A stretch of DNA of 64,000 nt from Antedon mediterranea (taxonomy: Eukaryota > Animalia > Echinodermata), in assembly GCF_964355755.1 (NCBI RefSeq), contig NC_092679.1, forward strand, positions 2,014,201 to 2,078,200, written 5' to 3'. The notes under the pieces were generated by a model. That model was not told the origin of the DNA, did not search any database, and saw only the letters and a program-made list of their open reading frames with translations. Shown in pieces: positions 1 through 14,300 of this stretch. The position numbers and the translations under genes were made by a program. The stretch's first letter is position 1. The number at the start of each line of letters is the position of its first letter.

Positions 1-5
1 CTTTA

Positions 6-223
6 TTCGTTCACAATACAAGTGGAAATAATGGTACTTGCCTCATACAAATTTAAAAGAGTAACGGAAACACAAAATAAAAACGATTCTATCTTAGATT
101 TATATATTGTTAACATAGATAAAGATAACTAAATTCGTCCACAATACAAGTGGAAATATTAATGCTTGTCTTATACAAAGTTCAAACAGGAACGGAAACA
201 CAAAATAAAACGATTCTATCTTA
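6..223. repeat. ~128-bp tandem duplication (2 diverged copies; may extend left of the window)
   Basis: ttcgtYcacaatacaagtggaaata...aacggaaacacaaaataaaacgattctatctta at 6 and 134. Confidence 0.8.
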
Positions 224-818
224 AAGCACTATATCTGTATGTATAAGAAAGTTGTAGTAAATAGATTTAATCTTTAGTGTTAATTCTACCATCAGTTTCC
301 TGTCATTCTGCCTAATGAGCTACTTTATGGATCACATGATCAAGATTACCCAATAACCTCTTTCAATTATCCCGCATCATAATACCCATTCACTAAAACT
401 TCTCTGAAAGATTGAAAGAACATGTTATCAATCTCAATATTTGAAATCGGACAAAGCATTTTAACTTTATCAGATCTTAATCAACGCAGATGTCGCCGTC
501 TTCATCTCTATTCATTTTGGCAATTACTTCGTGAATCGCTATCGTGAAATTCATATCGCAGGGATGGCGGCTGTTATAATTGGTGTTAATTATTGACTGT
601 ATTGTTACAGATTAGATAGCTAACAATAAAGAAGATATTGTTTGGTACTTTTTAAGAAAATGATAGGTTAATGAAAATGTTTGATAACAATACATTAATC
701 TAATTTAATGTACTGATGTAATTGTATTCATTTAAAATATTACAATTATTCTATTTAGTCATTGTACTGTATCATTTCGTATTATGGTTTTATATCAAAG
801 CCATAACATAAACCTTTT

Positions 819-1388
819 TAATTTGTACATAAACACTTTTGTCCGTTTCCTAGTTGCTAAAGTTTACTTATATAAAAATTGAAACCATGGAGTAAAACAA
901 GGAATAAGTATTAAGTAAATTGTTTCCTTTAATATAATAGTAGTTTATATAAGAACTTTGATAATTTGTACATAAACACCTTTGTCTGTTTCCTAGTTGC
1001 TAAAGTTTACTTATATAAAAATTGAAACCATGGAGTAAAACAAGGAATAAGTATTAAGTAAATTGTTTCCTTTAATATAATAGTTTATATAAAAACTATG
1101 ATAATTTGTACATAAACACCTTTGTCTGTTTCCTGGTTGCTAAAGTTTACTTATATAAAAATTGAAACCATGGAGTAAAACAAGGAATAAGTATTAAGTA
1201 AATTGTTTCCTTTAATATAATAGTTTATATAAAAACTATGATAATTTGTACATAAACACCTTTGTCCGTTTCCTAGTTGCTAAAGTTTACTTATAATAAT
1301 TAAAACTATGGAGTGAAACAAGGAATAAGTATTAAGTAAATTGATGTTGTTTGTTTTAATATTATAATAGTTTATATAAGAACTATCA
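819..1388. repeat. ~140-bp tandem repeat x4
   Basis: taatttgtacataaacac...ccatggagtaaaacaaggaataagtattaag recurs at ~819, 962, 1102, 1242. Confidence 0.92.
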
Positions 1389-4277
1389 TAATGATATTAG
1401 TTATGTTTTTGTTCACTGTTGTTATTTGAAAGGCTATGTACGGTCAGAAATAAAAATATGTGAATAGATAAAAAATATTTTTAAATACATTTATGTACAT
1501 AATATCGCAGTACTATATTGCTATGTAAAGTTTAAAAATAATACAGTACATTAATATAAATGTATACAATTTCCATATAATAACTAAATTGTCTTTGTAT
1601 TTATGATGTACCCCTTGATTTTAAACAAATAAACACAAACGTAAAATATATGTGTTGACATTTCACCCTACATTATTTTTCAAATTTCTTTTGTTTTGAG
1701 AATTTAGAGTGTTCCGATGTTCCGTGATAAGTTTGTTTTTATCAATAAGAAGACAAATTAGGGAAATAACTCTTTCATGTTGAAACAACATTTTAAGCTT
1801 TTGAAATGATATTATTTACTATTGCACTTAACACCTTGTTTGGCGACTCTCCAAGTAAAATCTGTTTTCGTTTGTGTATGCTCGACGAGTTTTATTACTT
1901 ATGGTTTGTGATCTTTTTGTTTGCTGTACCGAAATCTTATTTCAATAAATTTGCTGATCGAGAAATGAAAATAAACACACATACAATGGAAAATAACAAA
2001 CTTTAAAATGTTTTTAAACATAACCTAATATATTTCATAAATTTAATTGTAAGAAAATAATATTAAACACTGAAATATATATATTATTTGTAAGATTGAT
2101 TGAGCAGAACCTTCATCTTGATTCGTGAATGTCCTTATTCATCTACGTTATACAGTTTAATTGCAAAAGTTTTCAAACGTATGCAAAAGTTTGATCTCCA
2201 CAGTAAAGAATTCACTATTTTTTTAAGGATATTCAATGGAAACCGAACACTTTATCCATTTATTTTCGTCATAATATGTTTAAATAAAGGTTTGTGAAAT
2301 TAGGTCGTGTATTGATAAACCCTTTTATAAACAAATCCTGCGCCTCAGTTCATCTCTACCTTACATTGTGTTATTAGGAATTTGTAGCAAGTTTGGTCTG
2401 ATAATGCCTATCCATAGTTTTAGGTCCTCTGCAATAAGCCCATCACGTAACCCCTCAGTCAAACGGCTTGGTATATAAATAAATTATTATTTTTTGTCAT
2501 ACAGTGTAAAGAAACATAATATTTCCACAATGTTCAAATACCGTACCATACTCACGCAGATTAACTTACAACTAATGCGATTAGTTTTGACAAATTTCTA
2601 CATCACCAATTTCCTTTCTCTCATTTGATGATATATTTTTGAAGTAATTTTGGTAAGATTTTTATCAAAATGAGCGTTGGTGGAATACAGGATCATAGTA
2701 GATCATATTTTTAGTAGGTTAACTTAATCATTTATTCGTATAAAATAATATACCATTAGTTACCATCAGATATGTATTGGATTACTAATATTTGCATAAT
2801 AAATCTGAATTTTTTACACAGTTTTTGCTCTGATTTTAAATCATTTTTTATTTAACTTTCAAATATCCATATGGCAGTAATTATGAGTTTTAAATTGAGT
2901 TCATTTTTAAAAATAACTTATTTTCCAGGAGGTAATAGCGTCATCATCTTTAAATTCTGATGAATCTACAGACATGATATTAACGTACCATTATTATTGC
3001 CGTATTAATGAACATAAAACAAGATTTTATTCTATGTTTAACCTTTAATTAACTTGCCCCAGTTTATCTAACATGAACCGCAGAACACAAACTACTAATA
3101 TGCAAATGAGCATTGAACGATAATCCTGATTGGTTAATAGCAAGCAATGAGTTAAGTAATTCTCTATAGCCTGATTGTTTTTTAATGATAATGCGGACAA
3201 TTGAGTGTTATTGAGCTGGAGGGAAGGGAGGGGTGTGTTTTATGTAATACCCATATAAGGAAACTATTACAAATTGCCTTTGATATTATTCCATATTTTG
3301 CTGCACGATAGGCAACATCTTCATTTATTATCTGTTTTATTGTGAATCTCTAACTTTTTATATTTTTGACCATTTGAAGCATTTTGACAAATTGTTGACG
3401 TATTATGCCATCTCTCTCATACTGTACCACTGATGATGATACCAACATTTGTTTATATTTGAAGTTCTCACAGAAAGGTTGTTAAACAGATTGGTCACCT
3501 GCGAATGCAGTCTACACTGTTTTCATTCTTGTAGGACATACTTCTTAAATTACTATTGAAAACACTTTGATATTAACACCCTGTGCTTAAGATGGCTGAC
3601 ATGCTGATTCTTACTCCACGATTGACAGGCATATCATCACTCTGAGCCGATAAAATTCAACTTCATGTCTTAAATCCTTCCATTGTTTCGATTTCTTAAG
3701 TTATTTTGTATGAATTAGTTGCTTAGAATAAGAAAGCTTAACTACGCTTGGGTAATCATCGACTAGTTTAAAGATAAGATCTATTGTTGATGTCCAGTAA
3801 AGAGAGATTGGAAACGCAACCCAAGCAACTCTACTTGGCTCCATTGAGGTGTTTAGCACTAAGACTTGACTGCATTTTACTTCCGCTAGAGTACACCTCA
3901 GTCTCCTAACATCAATCTGCTTAAATGAACACGAAACGCTTATTAACAGTATTTCCAGATCAAGCGCATTAAGTTTGTTTACTTTGTTTACTTGATTTGT
4001 TCATCAGAATAACATCGAGAACCGGTCCTGTGGAGGGGGTACGCAATCTGAGCCAGGGTGCGTTCATGTCCTCACATGCTTCATTTCTTTCATTGTCTCT
4101 GAAATTTTCGTTCACAAATTGGTGGCTTGTATTTTCACGCCACTCAGATTAATTGTGGTGTAAAGCAGGTATGGTTGTGTCTATTGGTTGTTAGTGCAGA
4201 CTTTCTTGATACCCTGCCACAATTTATTGGAATTGCTAACTTTTACGTTGAACTTAAAAGAATATTGGATATTTACA

Positions 4278-4330
4278 ATGCCTGTGGATCATCTTATTGA
4301 ACGATTCTTGAATGAAGCTATTTTCACATT
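4278..4330 (+). CDS. Candidate (alternative) first coding exon of KIF26-like gene, MPVDHLIERFLNEAIFT(L)
   Basis: ACAATG start, 53 nt, strong donor TT|GTGAGT; phase 2 matches the phase-2 acceptor of exon 8104. No homology support visible. Confidence 0.45.
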
Positions 4331-7300
4331 GTGAGTATTTATACAGGTTCTGTTTTTCTAAATTTTTGGTGATTTTAGTAAAGGAACAAAAACAAAAAAA
4401 AGTCTTGTATTATAGTAGTTTATTTCAAAGAAATATAGTATTATTATTTTTAAATTAGTTGTGTCCAGGATTTGATATTTATTTAATTAGTAAAATTGTT
4501 CTGTAGAATAAAACATTCTGAACTTTTCTTTGCTAAAGTTTAATTGGTCACTATTTATTCCAAGAAAATCAATTAAAACTAACGTTTTACTGGTTCCTAC
4601 TATCAATAGCAGTCAACCCATAAAAGTTTTCCAACAATGTTTGTGATTGGTCTTGAAAAACCTCTTAAGTATTCACCAAAGAATAGCACGCAATCCTTAA
4701 GAGGCCATTGAAAACTGAAATTAACAATAAAAGTGAGTAGTACTCTAAATCTTTCTGAATAAGAACAGGAGTTGCACTCTGAATACATGTTCTAAATATC
4801 CACTTATCCTATCCCCCCATTTGTCACCATTCACGGAGAGTTTTCAAGGAGGACTCTGACAAAATCTTATAGGGAGACAATGGTGTAAGCTACTTATTCA
4901 ATAAGATCTTGTTTGAGTGACAGGATGACATTAATGGATCATCTTCGTGCCAGTTCCAATGTTTATTGTATATTTACTGGAATTTCCTTATTGATATAGC
5001 AACATATTTTTCAATCAATCATTCATTTGTATTTGTTCCTTTACCCTATAAACAACATAGCAATGTTCCAGTTTATACCACTTGACAAATCATTTTGTAT
5101 TGGAAACTATAATTATTATTGTACCTAAACCATGAGGAATTATAATTCCTCCATGACCTAGGCCTAACTAAATGATAAACCAAGGATTTACATTTCTAGA
5201 CTAAAACATTTCCTAATATGGCATGTAGTAATAATTTATTCAGTTCAGTAGAAAATGTTACAATTTTGTCATTTCTCTAATCAATTAATTATATCCTATT
5301 TTCTGTGAAAAGCTTTAAATACAATTAGTTTACATATAATGGGCAATTGTCAAGGAAGAACTAACAAATTCTGTGAATTAATATAAACAATTAACTATTG
5401 TTAGGATTTAGACAATAGTCCTTTTAATCATTAAGGAAACTAATTTGCCTCCACATTTTGATCCACTTTTACATGTGTTTTTGTCGATAAATAATAATCA
5501 AATAAAATACTTTAATCTTTTTGAATTCAAAGAATGTGATTTTCAAATCTACACAGAGACATCATTTAAAGTGACATTATTTTTTTTTATCCAATTAACT
5601 AAAGAAATGTGTGTAACTCTATACTTGTGAATAATTAATCATTACAAAGATTTACAAAGAGATAGTTGTTGCATGGAGGAAAACAATTTTAATATTGTAT
5701 CATCATCAACATCATCATCATTCCCAACAATTTACTGATACTAGTACATTTGATATACAAATATACATGATGTCATTTATAATGGACATCTTTAGTAATC
5801 ACCTTCACACCAGGTATCAATTTAAAGAAAGTGTTTTGATCACACTTAAGATTAATAATCACACAGATTGTCAATTTGTTAATTCTATTAGAAACTAAGT
5901 TCTACCTTGTTAAATGTTAGAGCAAATAAATAAATGGTACGTATAGTACCGCGAATGATGATGTAGTTTCTCTAAAGCAAGTCATTAATAATTAAAAGAG
6001 GTTTATCTAGGAGTTTTATAAAGTTCTTCCCAGGTAGAGTTACCATTTGTCAGTACACTACTGGAAAAGTCTGCTAATCAATAAGTCAGGAAGTTTGCTA
6101 ATTTCACAATAGCTAGGCTGTGCCTGGGTGGGTGGGCTTAAACTTGTTGACTGATGGACAGCAGCTCAGTAGCACTCTAGTGTCATTCTATCCATTGAAC
6201 CTTACTACCTGACTGACTCAAGTTTGCTTGTTAATAAGGGGCTGTTTCCTCCTCCTCATTTGTCATTCAAGTAGTTGTATATTATTAAGGAGGAAGTTTT
6301 TTTATCAAGTTTATCATTAAAGAATGTTGAAGTAAGTTTATTAGGTGATCATTTTATATAATAATATTTTTGTGAACTTATATAAACAGTACATGTCAAC
6401 CTTTGGTTATTAATTGGTTCCTAAATGTGAAGATTTATTGAAACTTTATAGAAATACTGTAGGCCTTATAGTTATACCGGACACCCTTAGGCTGGCCTGG
6501 TTTTGCAGAAATGCTGGTATTCTGATTGTATTTTTAGGCTTCTGGACCTTAAGAAAAATTGTTAAAAGAGTTCCAGATTACTGAGAACTTCATAATGGTA
6601 CAACGTTTTTAATAACAATACTGTAGATACTGATACTAGATTGACTGAGTTCAAATCCACCAATTACATTTCTTCCTGTTTTTGACTTGTTATCTATTTT
6701 TTGAAAGATGTAATCTCATCTTAACTCCTTGACTTGGAGACAACCTTCTCATTAAGGATGTCTTTGGCCTTCTTCTATTTTTCAATCAATCAAGAAGCTA
6801 GTTTTAATTGCACAAGTTTTTAAGTAAATTAACATAACCTAGATTGCTAAATATTTTTAACATATTGAACCTCCTGGCTGTTTGGTTTGCTCCTTCACTA
6901 TATTGTTGACATTTTTATATTTTAGCACACATCTCACAGCAAGGTGACTCGCTGATTGCAACAATCTAATGAATGCTCTCTATGTGGAATCTTAAGAAAT
7001 AACGCTTTTGTGTGATTACGATACGTTAACCCAGAAATTTGTTATTTATTTTGAATGCACAATTACGCACTGTATTTGTTTTAAAAATACACTTTCTTCT
7101 ATAGACTCATTGCATCAGTTTGTACAGTTATATTATAATGTGCACTTTGCTGTAAAAATGAAATCTTGTCATACCCAGTAAAGCAATTAATATTGGTATG
7201 AATCACATTATGAATAGACTTATCAATGTTCGTGGTGAAGACTATATTAACTTAATTTTTGTTTTAATGTTGTCAGATTTATATTGCGCTTTTAACAATC

Positions 7301-8103
7301 AGCCGATTGTCCTAAAGCGCTTAAAATTAAAATGATGGGAGAAAAAAAGATTGAAAATAGAAATAACAAAGAATATGGGGGTTTAAAAGGCGCTTGAAAA
7401 CTTCATTATGAAGTGCCTTAGGAAGACTATTCCACAGTTTAGAAGCTGTAACAGTAATTGCTTATTCAAAATTCCGTATTTCACCTTAAAAAATAGGTCA
7501 TACTGTAAAGTACCTACTCAGCCATTCATATCAATGTTGATAATTTCTTAAGTGTTGACTTTTCTCAACAAAATGTATTGAGGCAGTTTTTGACCAAATT
7601 GCTGGACAAGTACTGTGAATGCCCACATTCTAACCTCTCTTGGGGCAAGGTTTTTTTTTCAATCAATGGTCACACGTGCATTCACCATGGTAACCAAATA
7701 CTATGGGTCAAGTAACGAAAATTCAGTGAGCATTTTGGTTTAGTTATTTGTGAATTCATTCGCAGCCATTTACTGTATCCAGACATTTTGAATGTACAGT
7801 AATTACCACAATATGGGCAATCGTACAATTCGTAACAAAAGGCTTTATTCTATGCTTTTTGGAATTTTATTTTCCTTTGTGGCTATCAAGAAATTAATTA
7901 ATATAGATATTATTCACGGCATACCTTTTATGTACCTTTTTCATTTATAATGTGTTGGGTGGAGACTGAACTATTAAACTTTAGTTCAAAGTGCAAGTGA
8001 AATTCACATCTGTTACGATTATGTAAGCCATATAATATATTTCCTCTCATCTATGCCATGTCATATTTTAATTTAATGACAATATTTTATTTATATTTTT
8101 TAG

Positions 8104-8302
8104 AGCGGCACAAAAATTAAACTTGAGTTCCAAGAAAAAGAAAAGACATCACCAGGGATGTCTACCACCAGAGCTTCCACCTCCAGACCCACCATTATTC
8201 CCGACAAATTTCAGTCAAATATTACGAGTTTTTCCGCCTGCTGCCCCTCCATCACTCCTCCGAAATGTAGGACGAGTCAAGGATACACCCGGTGCTGGAA
8301 AG
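8104..8302 (+). CDS. KIF26: KIF26-like exon ([13 protein letters not shown]...[10 protein letters not shown]...GAGK)
   Basis: ttttag acceptor, AAG|gtttgt donor; conserved pre-motor KIF26 segment. Confidence 0.9.
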
Positions 8303-11300
8303 GTTTGTGTAGTTTTTCATTTATATCTCATAATGGGCTTACATTCGCAACTGAAAACAGTAACCAAAGTCATACTTAATCCACTGACTCTGCAATTCGA
8401 ACCTTCAATTGTTACTCGCGTCAGTAAATAATATCTGATTGTAAAAGGAACTTTTTATGGGTTATTTACATGAGAGAGAGGATGTGGCGGCCAGAGGCTG
8501 TTTGTTCTTAAGAACGTACTCGCGTCTTTAACAAGCTACAGCAAGGTCATTTTTAGAATTCTGAATTTAAATCAATGAAGCCAACAAATTGTATAAAACA
8601 AAACCTGGTATTGTTTAAAACACTGCTGTAGTGTTGGAAGTGTTTTCAACACATTTGTTCTTCTAAAATGAACTCTATTATGAGGTAGTGTAGAAATGTG
8701 TGCCACTGAATAGAAGCTATTGAGGTACAGCCAATTGTAGAATAGTATGGTCTTTTATGAATAAGTACATAGCCACAAGCAATGATTAAAAAGGTACCTA
8801 CTCAGGTTTTAACTAATTATGTATAATTCCACAGTAATGCTTATAATAAACAACCTATTCAGACATTTATATTAAATTTTATCACTAATAAGTACCTTTT
8901 ACATTCCACTGTAATTCAACAAATTTCATACAGTAATTACAATACTAAATTATGTACTGAGACAATGTTTTTCCATTCATTCAGTTTTTAATACCATTTA
9001 CAGGATTTATTTAATTAATTTGAGATCAAATACACCAAACATTCTCTTTCTTTGGTAGTTAGACAAATAACATTTGTACATTAAAATAAATTAGATACAA
9101 AAATTGTAAAACAAGATACAATGTTTTTCTATTCATTCCAGTTTTTAATATCGTTAGTAACTTAGACTTTTCTACATTTAATTATTAAAATAAATTCATA
9201 GTTTAAACAAAGTTGAAAGTTTGTACTTTTGGGAAGAGTTCAAAATTTACATAACTCATTTAATCTACAGGGCAACAAAGAAGCAACCAAATGATCTATA
9301 ATTATCTTCTTTTATATTTTTCATGATTATATCATTTTGGAATTCAACACCATCTTTCTATTTTAGCAAAAGGGAAAGAAGAAATGAACAAAAGTTCATT
9401 GCCTGAAAGATACCCAAAAGCATTTTCACACTTTTTATTTAATTTAATCATTAAAAAAAATTAGTCATCGTACTACCACCACCACTATTCTAGAGCATCA
9501 TATTAAAATGTTTTTTAAAAATAATTATCTTTTAACCTTAACATTTCCTTCAATCAGAAGTAAGTAAAAAACATTTTTTACATATTAATTCAGAAATATA
9601 GACATACAGTACCACCAGAGGTTTAATTATTAGGCTTTAATGTTTGTTTGTTGTATGGGAGCTAATTACCAACACTCCACAATCTCAATGAATCACATTG
9701 AGTTGATTATCAACTACTAAAAGGTCTCGCCTTTTCAATTGGATCAAAAACTATCAATTATTGACTATAAGTTGATAATACCGACAAAGGCTTACTTGGT
9801 TGCGATGGCGTTCCAATCAATAAAAACGCTTTGCTGTATGTTAATTAACGCTGTATGTTTTGCGTAGTGATACAATATTTTATCAGCTATCAATGGTCGA
9901 GTAGCAAACCAGATTGTTTTATTATTAAACTACACGCTTCTTGCTTGCTGGTTTTCTTCCTGCGTGACCTGATACGCCACCCAGTTTTACTTCACTCATC
10001 AGGACAAGCCATTACACTCGCTCGTCCATCATTAATTTGATAAATGTGACATTTGGCTTTTAATTCGTAATTTTTTTTATTGATATCAACTAAAATTAAT
10101 CATTTGCTAAACGATGCCCGGGTATTTGTTTTTCTTTGTGAGTCATCCTCTTTTGATAAATTTGTTCTTAAGAAAAATAGTCACTTACACGTTGGTATGG
10201 TTACATTAATATTTCATCTGTGATGACAAAGTTGACAAATTTCTTAAAGATTGACAAGATTGTTAGGATAGTTCTTTATTAGGAGTTATTTTATATTTAA
10301 ATTATTTATTATTAGCTATTTTTATTAGTAAAATAATTGGCAAGAGTTTTAATTAATTAATTTTTTTCATCCTTCTCCTTTTCCTTTTAATTATTTAATA
10401 CACAAATATACAAATAGATTTATTCATCAAATCTTAATAAAAATAATATGTACAATGTTTCAAGAAAATCATAAGAAAAAAGGTTAAATTTAGAAAGTTG
10501 TAAAATAAACTCTTTTAAATACATGTCTATATTTTATAAAGCACAAATAGTGTATTCATTAAAATCTGTTAATATACTATCACCTGTATGAACTTCCATA
10601 ACTAATTAATACGTAAAACCTCAAAATGTTATTTTCATTCGGTTTGCTCTAATTCAACAGCTCATACTAATGACAGTATAATACTGAACCACAAAATCTG
10701 TTTGGTTCATGGCCGCCAGATATATTACGTATTCTTATCCTTATACGATTCTCATTTCGTTAATATTCTTTTGTCCATTAGGTAACTTTAATGAAAGTCT
10801 AATTATTAAAAAAGTGTTTTTTAATGTGTCCCTTGATTGAACCTTGCGAAGCTTATAAAAGTGATATGTGGTAACTTGATCTGATTATAAATATGTAATT
10901 TTTTTTAAACATAAGCTGCTTAAAGATAATATTAAAACTTTTTAATAAACCCAATGTCTCTATCATGATAATTTAACTCCAATTAAGAGAACAAAGGTAT
11001 TATTATCGTTTGCTTTCTAAAGCTCTGTCCACACTATTAAACTAGTTTGACAAAGGAATGCACAACATTAAGCTCTGTCTACACTATTAAACTAGTTTGA
11101 CAAAAAAAAGTGTGAAGTGCCCATATACTGTATGGTAGTGATATGCCCAAATATGGTAGTGATATGACATCATCATGTCCATATATGGGCACATCACATT
11201 TTGTTGTCACATAAAGTTTGATAGTGTAGACAGTTCTTGGTTATAGCCATATTTTCATGGTTTCAAGGTGTAAATGGGAGACTTTAAATATTAATTTAAT

Positions 11301-14300
11301 TTAATCAAATAGACAACGCTGTACACAAAATCAACCAGTAGAAACACCAGGAACCTTTTACAGTATGTGCTTTATTGTCCTTAATTATGACATATTTCTG
11401 ATTAATTGTATAAGTTTCAATTTTTCTGACTTTATTTCTAAATTTTACAACACCAGCCTAAAGATACAGATATAAATAAATATCTATTATTGAAGTTAAA
11501 AATTCCCATAGGCCTTGTTATTATTTCCAAGATTTCATTTGAACCAAATTGAAACAAGTGTTGACAAAAGAGACCTTGTGTATAATCTATGCATTATTCA
11601 ACAGGGTACACAACTAATGTGCGATTAAAAGGTCGTAGAAAGGTCAATGCCCTAGCGAGATAACCCCAAACACTTTTGGTGGTCGCCCATTTGAGAACAC
11701 TGGTGGAGCTTGTCATAAATTCATGCAATTTGCTTCCTGATATTGTCATATTTGTATCAATTACCCTTAGGAGCCCTCGACTTTTTTGTCAGCTTTGTTT
11801 GACACTTTTGCACCATACCTTAACTGACAAATATTAAAACATGGTTTTTATCTGTACTGCTCTAAAAAAGGAATACTAGTACACATCAAACAGCTTATTT
11901 TTATATTAGAGTATATAAAGTGATAAATTGTAATGGGTACTACAGTAGGCCTACAATTACAACAAGCTGCTATTGAAAATCATTAATAATTTTTAAAATT
12001 CTATTTCATTTGATTATCATTATTTATAACAAAAACAAAAAAAAAGTCTTTGAAATTTTAGAATAAACATCTTGTAGTATTATGTACAGTTCGCATAATT
12101 TTGAAAATGTAAAATAATCATTAAACTCAGAAATATGATCACAGTAATTTAATCTTTATCTTTACTGAACATCATGCTTTTTTCTACTCATTTTGTACTG
12201 TACTTTTTTTTATCATGGTTTATTCTGCCATAACCTTGATCTATTACTTAATATTTCTCATTTTGCATTCAGTTTTTTTTGTCAGTATGGTTGAGTGATT
12301 AATTTTGCCTCTGGTGAAAATGAGACAATTCAATGTTGTGTTTGGACGCACGATCTCCTACATCTTTGGACCACTAATGAGCTTTCCGTATGTTACGGAT
12401 ACATGTCCATTTTGGACAAGTTTTAAATTAATATGAAATAACTTATTCAATGATGTATGTCATTTGATATATGTCTACAAGTTTTATTAAAATTCAGATT
12501 ACAAAGAAAGATATGAAAAAGTTTAGCAAAATCATAAAAATTTTGAATTTTGTTTTGTTTTTTTTCTAGAAAAAGAGCAGAGTTTACTCATAAACCCAGA
12601 AACCTAATAATTTGTCTAACCCTACCTGTAACCCTTCATTTGATGCACTCATCCAATTTATATTATAAAACTTGTAATTAACAAAACACCAAATTACATC
12701 ATTCTCTGTTATCGTTAAATGTTGTTGATTAGAGCTTTTAATAGCCACACACTGCAGATCAAATTTCCTGTAATATTACGTCTTATTGACGATAAACAAA
12801 TTTCACAGTTATTATTGGCTGTGTTTACCATTTACTTGTAGCTAGCTAGTTCAAACTGTTGGGAGTTTGCGTTAAATACCCAGAGGACTTAGAATTGCAG
12901 GTTTCTGGACAGACAATCTGATGTGTAGTAACTGTATCTACTTCAATACCAGATTCGTATACTTCATGATGATGATAGTAATAGTTGCCAAGTCTCCCGG
13001 GACTTATTCGAAATATAAGTAATTGAGGACCAAAATTGCCAGAATGTTCAGACTAAATAATATTAATCTATTAGTATAGGAAGCTGGTAATAGATTGAAG
13101 TCTGGTTTATTGTTAGGTTAATTGGGATTTTATTATAATGTTGATTTTTGTCTTTTACTTAGATTGGATATTTCATTTGTCTTATGAAAACTGATTGTTA
13201 AATTTAGGTTGATTAAACTATGTTTGAAATGTCAGTGTTGAAGCCCTTTCATTTGAAATTTAGGAATTGTTGGTTACAACTTGGTCTATCCCTCGATGAT
13301 GGTGAAGTTGAAAGGGTTGAAGGAGGCGTATGGCATGTACTGTAAAAAAGGCAGAGACACTGTAACACAAATATGATATTGTTAATAATAATATATTCGT
13401 AATGTTAGTAACATTGATATCTCCATGGTATAACCTTATGCGAATGTTGTTAAATGTCAGTGCGCTAATATACAACGGTGAACACATTTTGAAAGCTTCT
13501 ATCATATTGTGAGGCTTACAACTTGTTATTAACTACCCTGGGATTCTCTGTCAGGACCCTGGATATCATAGGATAGCACTTTAACCACTACTATGATGCA
13601 GATTAATGTTAGAAATTGTCTGACCTAAATACAGTAGGAATCCCCGCTGGTAATTGTGAATCTTTTTGATCGAAAAAATGTTTTAATTTTATCTAATGAT
13701 TAAAATAGTTTAGCTTTGTAGTTCTTGGTTCAAATTGTTCTCACAGTCTTACACAATTTAATGCTTATTTCTTCGATTCGTGCTAAAATAAACTGAGATT
13801 CGAGACCAAAAAAACAATAATTTCTTGACAATCTTTCATTACAATGATAACATTTATATGCTTATTTATTATTTGCATTAGCTTTGTCTTACGTTTAACG
13901 ACGCTAACTGTTAACGATATCATTCTATTATCTTCCATTTTATTTGTTAGAAATTGGCTAACTGTTAGTGATTCAATTTGTCATGTTAATTGACGCTCAG
14001 CTTGGCTTCAGAAGTCTTTTATTAAAGACGGTCTGTGATTCACTAAAGAGATAATACCACAAAAATGAAATTACCAGATATTGATTTGAGCGTCACTTGC
14101 GACAGTCTTCTGGCACTTAAGACGCTTAGCGTTAATTGTTCATCGAAGGGAAAGAACCGAAATTAATAAAAGTCGATGACCAACTACTGTACAGTATGTC
14201 TTAGTGACGGTATTTTCAATATGTGTCAAGTATAGCATGTTGGTATTACATTGCTTTTGTGAATCAAAGTTAGGCTCTTCAAATAACACCAATGCTATGT

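Noticed and set aside
12920-13022. Possible extra exon in the long KIF26 intron
   Set aside because: The frames I checked end in stops at the putative donor, and exons 8302->17468 already join seamlessly (GAGK|VKVMLR).
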